Assembly: GCA_030390025.1 (NCBI GenBank)
Contig: CM059431.1
Location: 155,188,001-155,252,000, forward strand
Direction: 5' to 3'
Length of the DNA: 64,000 nucleotides
From: Squalus acanthias
Taxonomy: Eukaryota
Position numbers and translations under genes: made by a program. The number at the start of each line of letters is the position of its first letter. The first letter of the stretch is position 1. Positions 11,446 through 24,475 of the stretch are shown here, in pieces. Under the pieces are notes generated by a model, which saw only the letters and a list, made by a program, of their open reading frames with translations, had not been told where the DNA came from and did not search any database.

Positions 11446-14300
11446 GGTAAAACTGTGGCAGATGTGGGAAAGTGATGCCATACACTTTGGAACCAAGAAA
11501 TATAGATCAGATTATTTCCTACATTGCGTGAATCTAGGAACTGTGGATGAACAGAGAGGTTTAGGGCCCAAATACAGACATCACTAAAAGCTAGTGGCCA
11601 GATATAAAAAGATAATTAACAGGCAAATGGAATGTTCCCCTTTATCAGGGTGACTCAACCGTGGCTAACAAGGCAAACTAGGGACAGCATAAGATTCAAA
11701 TAGAGGGCATATAAATTGGTCAGAAAAAGCGGTAACCCTGAGGATTGGGAGCAGTTTAGGATTCAGCAAAGGAGGACAAAGGGATTAATTAAGAAGGGGA
11801 AAATAGAATGTGAAAGTAAGCTGGCTGGGAACATAAACACTGACTGTAACAGCTTTTATAGATATGTGAAGAGAAAAAGATTAGTGAAATCAAGTGTAGG
11901 TCCCTTGAAGTCAGAAGCGGGGTCAGTTATAATGGGGAACAAAGACATGGCGGACCAATCAAATGCATATTTTGGTTCTGTCTTCAAAAAGGAGGACACA
12001 AATAACCTCCCAGAGATGTTGGAGAACATGCGATCTGATGAAAGGTAGGAACTGAAAGAAATCAGTATTTGCAGGTTAATGGCGTTAGGGAAATTGACGG
12101 GATTGAAGGCCGATAAATCCCCAGGGCCTGATAATCTACATCCTAGGGTACTTAAGAAAGTGGCCCTATAAATAATAGATGCATTGCTGATCATCTTCCA
12201 ACATTCGATGGAATCTGGAACTGTACCCATGGATTGGAGGGTAGCTAATGTTACCCCACTATACAAAAAGAGTGGTCGAGAGAAAGCAGGGAATTACAGA
12301 CCGGTAAGCCTGACATCGGTAGTGGGGAAAATGCTAGAGTCCATTATAAAGAATGTAATATCTGAGCACTTGAAAAACAGTGACAGGATTTGACAAAGTC
12401 AACATGGATTTACAAAAGGTAAATCGTGCTTGACTAATCTACTGGAATTTTTTGAGGATGTAACTGGGAAAATAGATAAGGGAGAACCAGTAGATGTGGT
12501 GTATTTGGACTTTCAAAAGGCTTTTGATAAGGTCCCGCATAAGAGATTAGCGTGTAAAGTTAAGGCACATGGGATTGGGGGCAAGGTATTGACTTGGATA
12601 GATAACTGGTTGGCCGACAGAAAGCAGAGAGTAGGAATTAATCGGTCTTTTTCCGAGTGGAAAGCAGTGACTAGTGGGGTACCGCAGGGATCCGTCCTTG
12701 GACCCCAGCTATTCACAATATACATTAATGATCTAGATAAGGGAACTAAATGTAATATCTCCAAGTTTGCAGATGACACAAAGCTGGGTGGGAGTGTGTG
12801 CTGCGAGGAGGATACCGAGAAACTCCAGGATGATTTGGACAGGTTGGGTGAGTGGGCAGAAGCGTGGCCGATGCAATATAACGAGCATAAATGCGAGGTT
12901 ATCCACTTTGGTGTCAAAACAGAAAGGCAGACAATTATCTGAATGGCAATAGATTGGGAGAAGGGGAAATATAGCGAGACCTGGGTGTCCTTGTGCTCCA
13001 GTCGCTGAAAGTAAGCATGCAGGTGCAGCAGGCGGTGAAGAAGGCACCTGTTATGTTGGCCTTCATTGCGAAAGGGTTTGAGTATAGGGACAGGGATGTC
13101 CTGCTGTAGTTGTACAGGGCCTTGGTGAGAGCACACCTTGAGTATTGTGTGCAGTTTTGGTCGCCTTATCTGAGGAAGGATGTTCTTGCCATGGAAGGAG
13201 TTCAGCGAAGATTCACAAGGCTGATACCTGGGTTGGCAGGGGTGACATATGAGGAGAGATTGGGTCGATTGGGTATAAAAGAATGAGATGGGATCTCATC
13301 GATACATATAAAATTCTGACATGTCTGGACAAACTTGATGCGGGAAGAATGTTCCCGATGGTCGGAGAGTCCAGAACCAGGGGTCATAATCTAAGGATCA
13401 CGGGTAAGCCATTTAGGACATAAATGAGGAAGGATTTATTTACCCAGAGAGTGGGGAACCTCTGGAATTCTCTACCACAGAAGGTAGTTGAGGCCAAATC
13501 ATTAAATATATTCAAGAATGCGTTAGATATATTTCTTAAAGCTAAAGTTATCAAGGAATATGGGGAGAAGGCAGGTACAGGGTACAGAGTTTGGATGATC
13601 AGCCATGATCTCATCGAATGGTGGAGCAGGCACGAGGGGCCGAATGGCTTACTCTTGCTCCTATTTTCTATGTTTCTATATCTCAAGAGCTCTGGAATAC
13701 ATAGGGTTGGAAGTTATGATATAGTTCTACAGAGCTCTGGTTAGACCCTATGTTATTGTGTTCAGTGCTGGGAACCGCACCTCAATAGGATATAGTGGCC
13801 TTGCAGGGGATGCAGTGCAGATTCACCAGATTGATACTGGGGCTAAAATATTGCAACATGAGGACAGATTGCATGGACTAGCTTTGTATTCTCTGGTGTT
13901 TAGAAGATTAAGTGGTGATCCAATTGATGTGTTTAAGATGATTAACTGATTTGAAAGATAAGCTCGACATAGACTATTTCCTCTGGTGGAGGAGTCCAGA
14001 ACAGGGGGGCAGAACCTTAAAATTAGAGCTAGGTCGTTCAGCATGATGTCAGGAAATGCTTCTTCACACAAAGTGTTGTGGAAAGACTGGAACTCTCTCC
14101 CCAAAAAGATGCTAATGTTAGGTCATTTGTAATTTTCAAAACATAAATTGTAAGATGTTTGTTAGGTAAGGTTATTAAAGGATATGGAACTGGAACCAAG
14201 GAGGGCGAAATATACTTGATATACGGATCAACAATGCTCTAACTGAATGGCGGGGAAGGCCCGAGTAGAGGAATGGCTTCCTCGTACTGCTATGTTATAC
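11446..14300 (+). mobile_element. Older CR1 3' fragment split by a younger CR1 insertion (about 11649-13680)
   Basis: The outer copy reads continuously across ...ctttatc | tcaagagc.... The inner copy has RT ORFs 11716-12942 (YLDFQKAFDKVPH, FADDTKL) and the tail tttctatgtttctat. Confidence 0.85.
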
Positions 14301-14807
14301 ACATCTCCCGATTTACTTTTCTCGGTGTACTTCTTTTGCGTCCCACAGAAGTCGATTTTCACCCCATATCTTTATTGTACTCTAAAATAGCAATCTGTAA
14401 ATTGGTAATTCTCCTAATTCATCTACCGTTATAACATATCTTCCAGCCATTGCTGATGTCAGCAGTTCACTTTTCTATTGGCTTTCTATCCCATCGAAGA
14501 CCTATCCCTGTTATTCTCCGATCCGGTTCAAATTTTATTACATTTACAAATTTCGTGTCATTTGCAAACTGAAAATTGATGCTCTGTATACCTAAGTCCA
14601 GCTCAGTAATATGTATCAAAAAGTGCAGTGGTCCTATTATCGGCCGTTGGAGGATATTTATACATTCCTCCTGTCTGAAAAACAATCATTTACCTGATCT
14701 CGCTGCTCTCTGTACGTTAGCTGATTGCCTGCCCGTTTTCGACTGTTACTTTAATCGCATGGTTTACAATTTTGATACGAAGTCTATTATGTGCTACTTT
14801 GTCTAAC

Positions 14808-15945
14808 GACATAAGAACATTAGAACATAAGACGTAGGTGCAGGAGTAGGTCATTTGGCCCCTCGGGCCTGCTCCGCCATTCAATAATATCATGGCTGAT
14901 CTGATCTTGGCCTCAACTCCAATTCCCTGCCCGCTCCCCATAACCCTTGATACCTTACCATTTAAAAATCTGTCTATCTCCACCTTAAATATATTCAATG
15001 ACTCAGACTCCAGAGCTCTCTGGGGGGGAGAATTCCAAAGATTCACGTCCCTCTGAGAGAAGAAATTCCTCCTCATTTCCTTTTTAAATGGGTGACCCCA
15101 TTTTCTGAATTTATGCCCCCTGGTTTTAGATTCTCCCACGAGGGGAACATCCTCTCTGCATCAACCCTGTCAAGCCCCTTCAGAATCGTATATGTTTCAG
15201 TAAGATCCGCTCTCATTCTTCTAAACTCGAATGAGTATAGGCCCAACCCACTCAACCTTTCTTCATAAGACAACCCCTTCATCTCCGGAATCAACCTCGT
15301 GAACCTTCTCTGAACTTCCTCCAGTGCAAGTATATCCTTCCCTATATAAGGAGACGAAAACTATGCACGACTCCAGGTGTGGTTTCACCAACGCCCTGTA
15401 AAGTTGTAACAGGTCTTCCCTACTTTCATACTCCATTTCCTTTGCAATAAAGGCCAACATTCCATTTGCCTTCCTAATTACTTGCTGTACATGCACGCTA
15501 TATTTTTATGATTCATCTACAAGGACCTCCAGATTCCTTTGTACCTCAGCATTTTGTAATCTCTCCCCTTTTAAATAATAATTTTTTCTTGTATTTTTCC
15601 TACCAAAGTGGATAACCTCGCATGTTCCCACTTATGCTCCATCTGCCAGTTTTGTGTCCACTCACTTAGCCTATCTATATCCCTTTGGTGATTCTTTGCG
15701 TCCTCCACACGATTTACTTTCCCACCTATCTTTGTATCATCAGCAAATTTGGCTCATTACACTCGGTCCCTTCATCCAAGACATTAATATAGATTGTAAA
15801 TAGGCCACAGAACTGATCCCTGCGGCACCCCACTAGTTACAGTTTGCAAACCTGAAAATGACCAATTTATCCCGACTCTGTTTTCTGTTAGTTAGCCAAT
15901 CCTCTATCCGTGCTAATACATTAACCCCAACCCCGTGAGCTCTTC
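14808..15945 (-). mobile_element. CR1 LINE 3' portion
   Basis: Tail acataagaacattagaacataag and C-terminal ORF2 fragments. Confidence 0.88.
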
Positions 15946-15993
15946 CACATCAACCACAGTGAACCTCATAAATCATAAAATGAATAAAAATAA

Positions 15994-16065
15994 TTTCCTG
16001 ACTGTGTTTCGAACTCGAATTTAGGCTGTGAAAGAGCCGAATCCTAACCATGAGACCACGAGGAA
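15994..16065 (-). pseudogene. tRNA-Glu(TTC)-like pseudogene
   Basis: Reverse complement TTCCTCGTGGTCTCATGGTTAGGATTCGGCTCTTTCACAGCCTAAATTCGAGTTCGAAACACAGTCAGGAAA (72 nt) aligns with the vertebrate tRNA-Glu consensus. Anticodon loop CTTTCAC; T-stem mispaired; a T5 run lies just downstream. Confidence 0.75.
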
Positions 16066-18010
16066 ACGTTTGCCTTCTGTCATTCTTTAAGAGTTGTTTT
16101 CTATCATAAAATGGTTACAGCATGGAAGAAGGCCATTCGGCTCGTCAAGCCCATGCCGGCTCTCTGCAAGAGCACTTCAGCTTGACCCACACCACCGCCC
16201 GTTCTCCATAGCCCTGCAAATTTATTTCCTTCAGATACTTATCCAACTCCCTTTTGAAAGCCATGATTGAATGTGCCCCCACCACCTGTTCAGGCACTGC
16301 ATTCCAGATCCTAAACACTCGCTGCTTAAAGACATTTTTTTCTTACGTCGCCTTTGGTTCTTTTGCCAATCACCTTAATTCGGTGTTCTCTGGTTCTCGA
16401 CCCTTCCGCCAATGGGAACAGTTTCTCTCTATCTTCTCTGTCCAGATTCCTCATGATTTTGAACACCTCAATACGATCTCCTCTCAGCCTTCTCTGCTCT
16501 AAGGAGAACAAACCCAGCTTCTCCAGTCTATCCACGTAATTAAAGTCCCTCATAGAGTCATAGAGTTATACAGCACGGATAGAGGCCCTTCGGCCCATCG
16601 TGTCCGCGCCGGCCATCAAGCCCTGTCTAATCTAATCCCAAATTCCAGCATTTGGTCCGTAGCCTTGTATGCTATGGCATTTCAAGTGCTCATCCAAATG
16701 CTTCTTGAATGTTGTGAGTGTTCCTGTTTCCACAACCCTTTCAGGCAGTGAGTTCCAGACTCCAACCACCCTCTGGGTGAAAAAGTTCTTTCTCAAATCC
16801 CTTCTATACCTCCCGCCCATTACCTTGAATCTATGCCCCCTTGTTATAGACCCCTATACTAAGGGAAAAAGCTCCTTAGTATACATCCTATCTATGCCCC
16901 TCATAATTTTGTACACCTCAATCATTTCTAAACCCCAGCCTCCTCTACTCCAAGGAAAACAAACCCAATCTGCCCAGTCTCTCTTCATAGCTGAAGCACT
17001 CCAGTCCGGGTAACATTCTGCTGAATCTCCTCTGCACGCTCTCCAAAGCTATCACATCCTTCCTGTAGTGTGGCGACCAGAACTGCACACAGTATTCCAG
17101 ATGTGGCCTAACCAGTGTTTTATACAGCTCCATCATAACTTCCTTGCACTTATATTCTATGCCTCGGACAATGAATGCAAGTATCCCATATGCCTTTTTT
17201 ACCAACTTATCCACCTGTTCCGCCGCCTTCAGGGATCTGTGTACTTGCACACCAAGATCCCTCTGACCCTCCGTCTAGCCTAGGGTCTTACCATTCATTG
17301 TGTATTCCCTTGTCTTGTTAATCCCTTCAAAGTGCATCACCTCGCACTTTTCCGGATTAAATTCCATTTGCCACTGTTCCGCCCATCTGACAAACCCATC
17401 TATATCGTCCTGCAGACTGAGGCTACCCTCCTCGCTGTTTACCACCCTACCAATTTTTGTATCATCCGCGAACTTACTGATCATAACTTTTACATTCATA
17501 TCCAAGTCGTTAATGTAGACCACAAACAGCAAGGGACCCAGCACCGATTCCTGTGGTACCCCACTGGCCACAGGCTTCCAGTCACATAAACAACCTTCGA
17601 CCATCACCCTCTGCCTTCTGCCACTGAGCCAGTTTTGTATCCAATGTGCCAAGGCACGCTGGATTCCATGGGCTCTTACCTTCTTGACCAGTCTCCTGTG
17701 GGGGACTTTATCGAAGGCCTTACTGAAATCCATGTATACCACATCCACTGCGTTACCCTCATCCACACACCAAGTTACCCCCTCAAAAAATTGAATCAAA
17801 TTAGTCAGACATGATCTTCCCTTGACAAAGCCATGTTGGCTAACCCTGATTAATCGTTGCCTCTCCAAGTGGAGACTGATTTTGTCCCTCAGAATTTTTT
17901 CCAATAATTTTCCTACCACTGATGTTAGGCTCACTGGCCTGTAGTTCCCCGGTTTATCCCTACTCCCTTTCTTGAATAATGGTACTACATTAGCGGTTAT
18001 CCAGTCCTCC

Positions 18011-18110
18011 GAAAGCTTGTGATTTAAAATAAAACTGTTGGACTATAACCTGGTGTTGTGCGACCTCTCAATTTTGTCCACCCCAGTCCAACACCGGCAT
18101 CTCCGCATCA
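18011..18110. mobile_element. Short (~100 bp) repeat inserted into CR1 ORF2; resembles a common shark short repeat / Penelope-type terminus
   Basis: gaaagcttgtg...ttggactataacctggtgttgtg...ccagtccaacaccggcatctcc interrupts the CR1 sequence ccagtcctccg | catcccctgtggcc. Confidence 0.65.
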
Positions 18111-20834
18111 CATCCCCTGTGGCCAGAGAGGTTCTGAATATATGTGTTAGAGCCCCCGCATTTTCCTCCTTTGCCTCACACAGCAGCCTGGGATACATTT
18201 CGTCCGGACCTGGGGATTTATCCATTTTCAGACCTGCTAAAACCGCCAATACCTCCTCCCTCTCGATGTTAAAATGTTCGAGTATATCACAGTCCCTCTG
18301 CCCTAATTTTATGTCTGCATCGTCCTTCTCCATAGTGAAAACAGATGCAAAAATTTCATTTAGAACCCCACGTACATCTTCCGGTTCCACACACAGATTA
18401 CCACTTTTGTCCCCAATGGGCCCTATTTTTTTCTCTAGTTATCCTCTTACCCTTAATATACTTATAAATTATCTTAGGATTTTCCTTTATTTTGCTCCTT
18501 AGTGTTATTTCATGGCCCCTCTTTGATCTCCTTATTTCTTTTTTAAGAATCCCCCTGCACTTTTTGTACTCCTCTAGTGCTTCCTCCGTCTTTAGCATTT
18601 TGTATCTGCCAAAAGCCCTCCTTTTTTTCCTGATCCACTCTCGTATATCCACTGACATCCAAGGTTCCCTGCGGTTTTTAGAACCACCCTTGACCTTTAC
18701 GAGAACATGCTGCCATTGTATGATCTCAATCTCCCTTCTGAAAGAATCCCTTTGCCCGGAAGCGGATTTTCCTACAAGCAGCTGATCCCAGTCCCTTTTG
18801 GCCAGATCCTGCCTTATCCTATTAAAATCGGCCTTCCCCCAATTTAGACCCTTTATTTCCGGCCCATCCCTGTCCTTTTCCATAACCACCTTAAATCTCA
18901 GCGTATTATGGCCACTGTCACCAAATTGCTCACCTACTAGCACTTCTTCCAGTTGGCCGGCCACATTCCCTAGAATTAGATCCAGTACCGCCCCCTCTCT
19001 TGTAGGACTTTCTACATGCTGGCTCAAAAAGCTCTCCGTGATGCACTTTAAGAATTTTGAACCCTCTAAGCCTTTCACACTCTAACTGTCCCAGTTAATA
19101 TTGGGGAAGTTGAAATCCCCCATTGTTATTACCCTATCATTTGCACATTTCTCTGAGATTTGCCTACATTTGTTCCGCTATCTCCCCCTGACTGTTTGGG
19201 GGCCTATAGTACGCTCCCAGCAAAGTGCTTGCCCCCTTTTTGTTTTTAAGCTCCACCCATATATCCTCATTGGAGGAACCTGCTAATATATCGTCCCTCC
19301 TTATGGCAGTAATTGATTCCTTAATTAATATTGCGACACCCCCTCCTCTTATTCATCCCCTTCTGTCTCGCCTGAAGATTCTGTACCCCGGAATATTGAG
19401 CTGCCAGTCTTGCCCCTCCCTCAACCATGTCTCCGTGATAGCAACAATATCATACTCCCATGTGTTTATCAACACCTTCAGTTCATCCACCTTATTTGCT
19501 AGACTCCTTGCATTAAAATAGATGCCTTCCAGACTTGCTCTTACATGTTTGCCCTGTCTTCCAAGCTGAATTGTTTTTTTCTCTATATTTGACTGTACAT
19601 CACCCCCTATTGTAGCTCCACTCTGAATCCCATCCCCCTGCCAAGTTATTTAACCACCCCCCCCCGCCCCCAACAGTGCTAGCAAACCTCCCGGCAAGGA
19701 TATTTGTCCCGCTCTGGTTCAGGTGCAAACCGTCCGACTTGTACAAGTCCCACCTTCCCCAGAAGCAGGCCCAGTGATACAGGAAACTAAAACCCTCCCT
19801 CCTGCACCAACTCTTTAGCAACGCATTCATCTGTTCTATCCTCCTATTCCTTTACTCACTAGCACGTGGTACTGGGAGTAATCCAGCGATTACAACCTTT
19901 GCGGTCCTGCTCTTTAATCTGCTGCCTTGCTCCCTAAATTCTTGATGCAGGACCTCATCCCCCTTCCTACCTATGTCGTTGGTCCCAATGTGAACCACGA
20001 CCTCTGCCTGCTCCCCCTCCCCCTTAAGGATGCCCTGTAGCCGCTCAGTGACATCCATGACCCTGGCCCCAGGGAGGCAACGAACCATCCTGGAGTCACT
20101 TTTACGGCCACAGAAACGCCTATCTGTTCCCCTTATGATATAATCCACTACCACTATTGCTCTCCCACGTTTTTTCCTCCCTTTCTGAGCAGCAGAAGCA
20201 ACCCTGGTGCCAGGAAGTTGGCTACTGCCTCTCTCCCCTGGTGAGTCATCCCCCTCAACAGTATCCAAATCGGTATACCTGTTTGAAAGGGGGATGACCG
20301 CAGGGGTTCACGGTACTCCCTGCCTGCCTCTGCTGCTCCGCCTGATGGTCACCCATTTCCCTTCTGCCTGTGCAGCCCTACCCTGCGGCGTGATCAACTC
20401 GTTAAACGTGCTATCCACGACCCTCTTAGCATCGCGTATGCTCCAAAACTCATCCACCCGCAGCTCGAGCGCCGCAATGCGGTCTACAAGTAGCTGCAGC
20501 TGGATGCATTTCTCGCACACGTGGTCCTCAGGGAAACTGGCAGCGTCCCTGAATTCCCACAAGGAGCAAGAGGAGCATAACACGGGGCTGATCTCACCTG
20601 TCATGACCTACTCCCTTAATTAAATTAAAAATGTATTCAATACCCCAGTTACAGATATACTCTAGGGTGCTTTATTTACCAACTGTCCCCACTACACCAC
20701 AGAGACACTAGAAATTTAACACCACAGAATTTAAGCTTAAAAAGAGAGAAATACTCACCAACCAATCACTTACCTGTTTTTTGGTGAGGTCACACTTCGA
20801 TTACTTTTTCCCTCCGAGTTCGGAGACTTGTACC

Positions 20835-21247
20835 CCTTACCTGGTCTCTGGAGCCTTTTATAGACCCACTGCCGCCGCTGAAACTCCCGCCGACGCTCTG
20901 AGGCCTTACCTGGTCTCTGGAGCCTTTTACAGGCAAACTGCCGCCGCTGAAACTCCCGCCGACTCTCTGAGGCCTTACCTGGTCTCTGGAGCCTTTTATA
21001 GGCCCACTGCCGCCGCTGAAACTCCCGCCGACGCTCTGAGGCCTTACCTGGTCTCTGGAGCCTTTTATAGACCCACTGCCGCCGCTGAAACTCCCGCCGA
21101 CGCTCTGAGGCCTTAGCAAGTCTCTAGAGTTTTGTATAGGCCCACTGCCGCCGGTGAAACTCCTGCCGACGCTCTGAGGCCTTATCTGGTCTCTGGAGCC
21201 TTTTATAGGCCCATTGCCGCCGCTGAAACTCCCGCCGACGCTCTGAG
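20835..21247 (-). repeat. Six 69-bp tandem monomers in the CR1 5' UTR
   Basis: Unit ccttacctggtctctggagccttttataggcccactgccgccgctgaaactcccgccgacgctctgagg, period 69. Confidence 0.95.
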
Positions 21248-21489
21248 CGTCCCTAGAATCATTCTCGTAAATCTTTTCTGCACCCTCTCTAAGGCCATCA
21301 CATCCTTCCTAAAGTACGGTGGCCAGAACTGGACACAATACCCCAGTTGAGGCCGAACCAGTGTTTAATACAGGTTCATCATAAATTCCATGCTTTTGTA
21401 CTCGATACCTCAATTCATGAAGACCAGGATCCGGTAAGCATTTTACCTGCTTTTTCAACCTGTTCTGCCACCTTCAACGATTGGTGCCA

Positions 21490-22512
21490 GGATACCCATC
21501 CATGACCCCACTACCAAACATCATCTACCGTTTCCAAGACTGTCACTGACCACATCTCCTCTGGAGATCTTCCTTCCATGGCCACCAACATCATAGTTCC
21601 CCAACCCCGCACATCACGTTTCTACCTCCTTCCTAAGATTCACAACCCATCGTTACAGCCTGTTTTTGCCCCACGGAACTTATCTCTTCCTATCTCGACT
21701 CTATTTTTTCTCCCCTTGTCCAGTCTCTTCCCACCTATATCCGCAACTCTTCCGACGCCCTCCACCACTTTAGCAGTTTCCAGTTTCCTGGCCCCAACCG
21801 TCTCCATTTCATTATGGACGTCCAATCCCTCTACATCTCCATCCCCCACCAGGATGGCCTGAGGGCGTTCTGCTTCTTCCTTGAACAAAAGCCGAACCAG
21901 TCACTTTCCACCAACACCCTCCTTCGCCTGGCTGAACGTGTTCTCAAATTGAAAACCTTCTCCATTGACTCCACTCACTTCCTCCAAATTAAAGTTGATG
22001 CGATGGGAACCCGCATGGGTCCTAGCTATGCCTGCCTTTTCGTGGGATATGTGGAACATTCGTTGTTCCAGTACTACACAGGTCTCCTCCCTCACCTCTT
22101 TTTCCGGTGCATTGATGACTGTATTGGTGATGTTTCCTGCTCTCGCCCTGAACTAGAACATTTCACTCACTTTGCTTCCAATTTCCACCATTACCTCAAC
22201 TTCACATGCTCCATCTCCGAGTCCTCCCTTCCCTTCCTCGACATCGCTGTATTCATCTATGGGGATAAGGTATCGACAAACATTCACTATAAGCCCACTG
22301 ACTCCCACCCCGCTTCCTGTAAGTACTCTATACCATTCTCCCAGTTTCTCCCTCTCCACCGCATCTGCTCTAACGATGCCACCTTCGAAAGAAATGTTTC
22401 CGACATGTCTTCCTTTTTCCTCAACCGAGGATTCCCCTCTATTGTAGTTGACAAAGCTCTTGAATGTGTCCGTTCTATTTCTCGCACTTCTGCTCTCACT
22501 CGTTCCCCTCCA
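21490..22512 (+). mobile_element. Penelope-like element RT fragment
   Basis: RFYLLPKIH, MDVQSLYISIPH, AMGTRMGPSYACLF, FRCIDD, LPFLD, HYKPTDSH. Confidence 0.9.
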
Positions 22513-24475
22513 GATACAAAGGACTAAAAAAAGTGGAAGCCCTAGAGGAGTACAGAAAGTGCAGGGAGGTACATTAAAAATAAATTAGGAGAGCGAAGAG
22601 GGTGCATTAAAAAACACTGGCAGGCAAAAAAAGTGAAAAGCCGAAGTTGTTTTGTAAGTACATTAAGGGCAAGAGGATAACCAGGGAAAGAGTAGGGCCA
22701 ATTAGGGATGAAAGTGGCAATCTGTGTGTAGAGCTCGGAGACGTAGGTGAATTTTTAAATGAATATTTTGCAGCTGTGTTCACTATGGAGAAGGACGATG
22801 TAGGCATAGAAATCAGGCAGGCGGATTGTGATATACTTGAACAAATTAGCATTGAGTGGGTGGAGGTACGAGCGGTTTTAGCTGACATAAAAGTGGATAA
22901 ATCCCCAGGCCCAAGACGAGGTGTATCCCAGGCTGCTGTGTGAGGAAAGCGAGGAGATTGCAGGGGCTCTGACACAAATTTTCTGAACCTATCTGGCCAC
23001 AGAGGTCGTGCCAGAGGACTGGATGACAGCTAACGTAGTACCATTATTCAAGAAGGGTAGTAGGGATAAACCAGGGAATTACAGGCCATTGTGCCTAACA
23101 TCAGTCATAGGGAAATTATTGGAAAAAATTCTGAGGGACAGAATTAGTATCCACTTGGAGAGGCAAGGATTAGTCAAGTATAGTCTGCATGGCTTTGTCA
23201 GGGTGAGATCATGTCTGACCAATTTGATTGAATTTTTCGAGGGTGTGATTAGGTGTGTGGATGAGGGTAGTGCAGTTGATGTAGTCTACATGTACTTCGG
23301 TAAGGCTTTTGTCAAGGTTACGCATGGGAGACTGGTCAAGAAGGTAATAACCCATGAGATCCAGGGCAATTTGGCACATTGGATCCAAAATTGGCTTAAT
23401 GGCAGAAGGCAGAGGGTGATGGTCGAAGGTTGTTTTTGTGACTGGAAACCCGTGTCCAGTGGTATACCGCAGGGATCGTTGCTGGGTCTCTTGCTGTTTG
23501 TAGTGTACATTGATGATTTAGATATGAATGTAGGAGGTATGATCAGTAAGTTCGCAGATGACACGAACATTGGTGGAGTGGTTAATAGCGCGCAGGGAAG
23601 CCTCAGGCTACAGGACGATATAGACGGGTTGCTCAGATGTGCAGAACAGTGGCAAATGAAATTTAAGACGGAAAAGTGTGAGGTGATGCATTTTGGTAGG
23701 ACTAACAAGGCAAGGGAATACACAATGAATGGTAGGACCCTAGGAAGGACAGAGCATCAGAGGGACATTGGTGTGCATGTACATAGATCCCTGAAGGCAG
23801 CTGGACAGGTAGATAAGGAGGTTAAGAAGGCATATGGGATACTTGCCTTCATTAGCCGAGGCATGGAATATAAGAGCAGGGAAGTTATGATGGAGCTGTA
23901 CAACACGCTAGTTCGTCCACAGCTGGAATACTGAGTGCAGTTCTGGTCGCCACACTATAGAAAGGATGTGATTGCATTGTAGAGGGTGCAGAGGAGATTC
24001 ACCAGGATGTCACCTGGGCTTGAGCGCTTCAGCTATGAAGAGAGACTGGACAGGCTGGGGTTGTTTTCCTTATAGCAGAGAAGGCTGAGTGGGGACCAGA
24101 TTGAGGTGTACAAAATTATGAGGGGCATAGATGTGATCAATAGAACTGAACTTTTCCCCTTCGTAGAGAGGTCAATCACCAGGGGGCATAGTTTCAAGCT
24201 AAGCGGCAGGAGTTTTAGAGAGGATTTGAGGAAAAACCTTTTCACCCTGAGCGTGGTTGGAATCTGGAACTCACTGCCTGAAAGGGTGGCAGAGGCAAGA
24301 ACCCTCACAACATTCAAGTAGCATATAGATGAGCATTTGGAACGCCATACCATACAAGGCTACGGAAAAAGTGCTGGAAAATTGGATTAGAATAGATAGG
24401 GCTTGATGGCCGGCGCGGACACGATGGGCCGTAGGGCCTCTTTCTGTGATCTATTACTCTATGACTCTATGACTC
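22513..24475 (+). mobile_element. CR1 LINE, 5'-truncated
   Basis: ORF 23008..23934 RT; tail ctctatgactctatgact. Confidence 0.92.

Larger units (their letters stand above)
16553..21247 (-). mobile_element. Near full-length CR1 LINE: 5' tandem monomers, ORF1 (zinc finger plus SGNH esterase-like), ORF2 (APE-RT) with stops
   Basis: ORF 20308..20604 (CSSCSLWE...HVCEKC), ORF 19852..20268 (VVVHIGTNDI), ORF 19600..19830 (DGLHLN), endonuclease fragments 18398-19520, RT 17275..17934, tail atagagtcatagagttat. Confidence 0.93.
16104..21485 (-). mobile_element. CR1 3' fragment (16104-16552 and 21249-21485) hosting a near full-length CR1
   Basis: The flanks rejoin as aagtccctca | tccctagaatcattctc, which is continuous CR1 sequence. 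Confidence 0.8.

Noticed and set aside
20781..21350. ORFs with 23-aa repeats (RPYLVSGAFYRPTAAAETPADAL) and a CRISPR-like look
   Set aside because: These are translations of the 69-bp CR1 monomers. The units are contiguous with no unique spacers, in a eukaryotic context.
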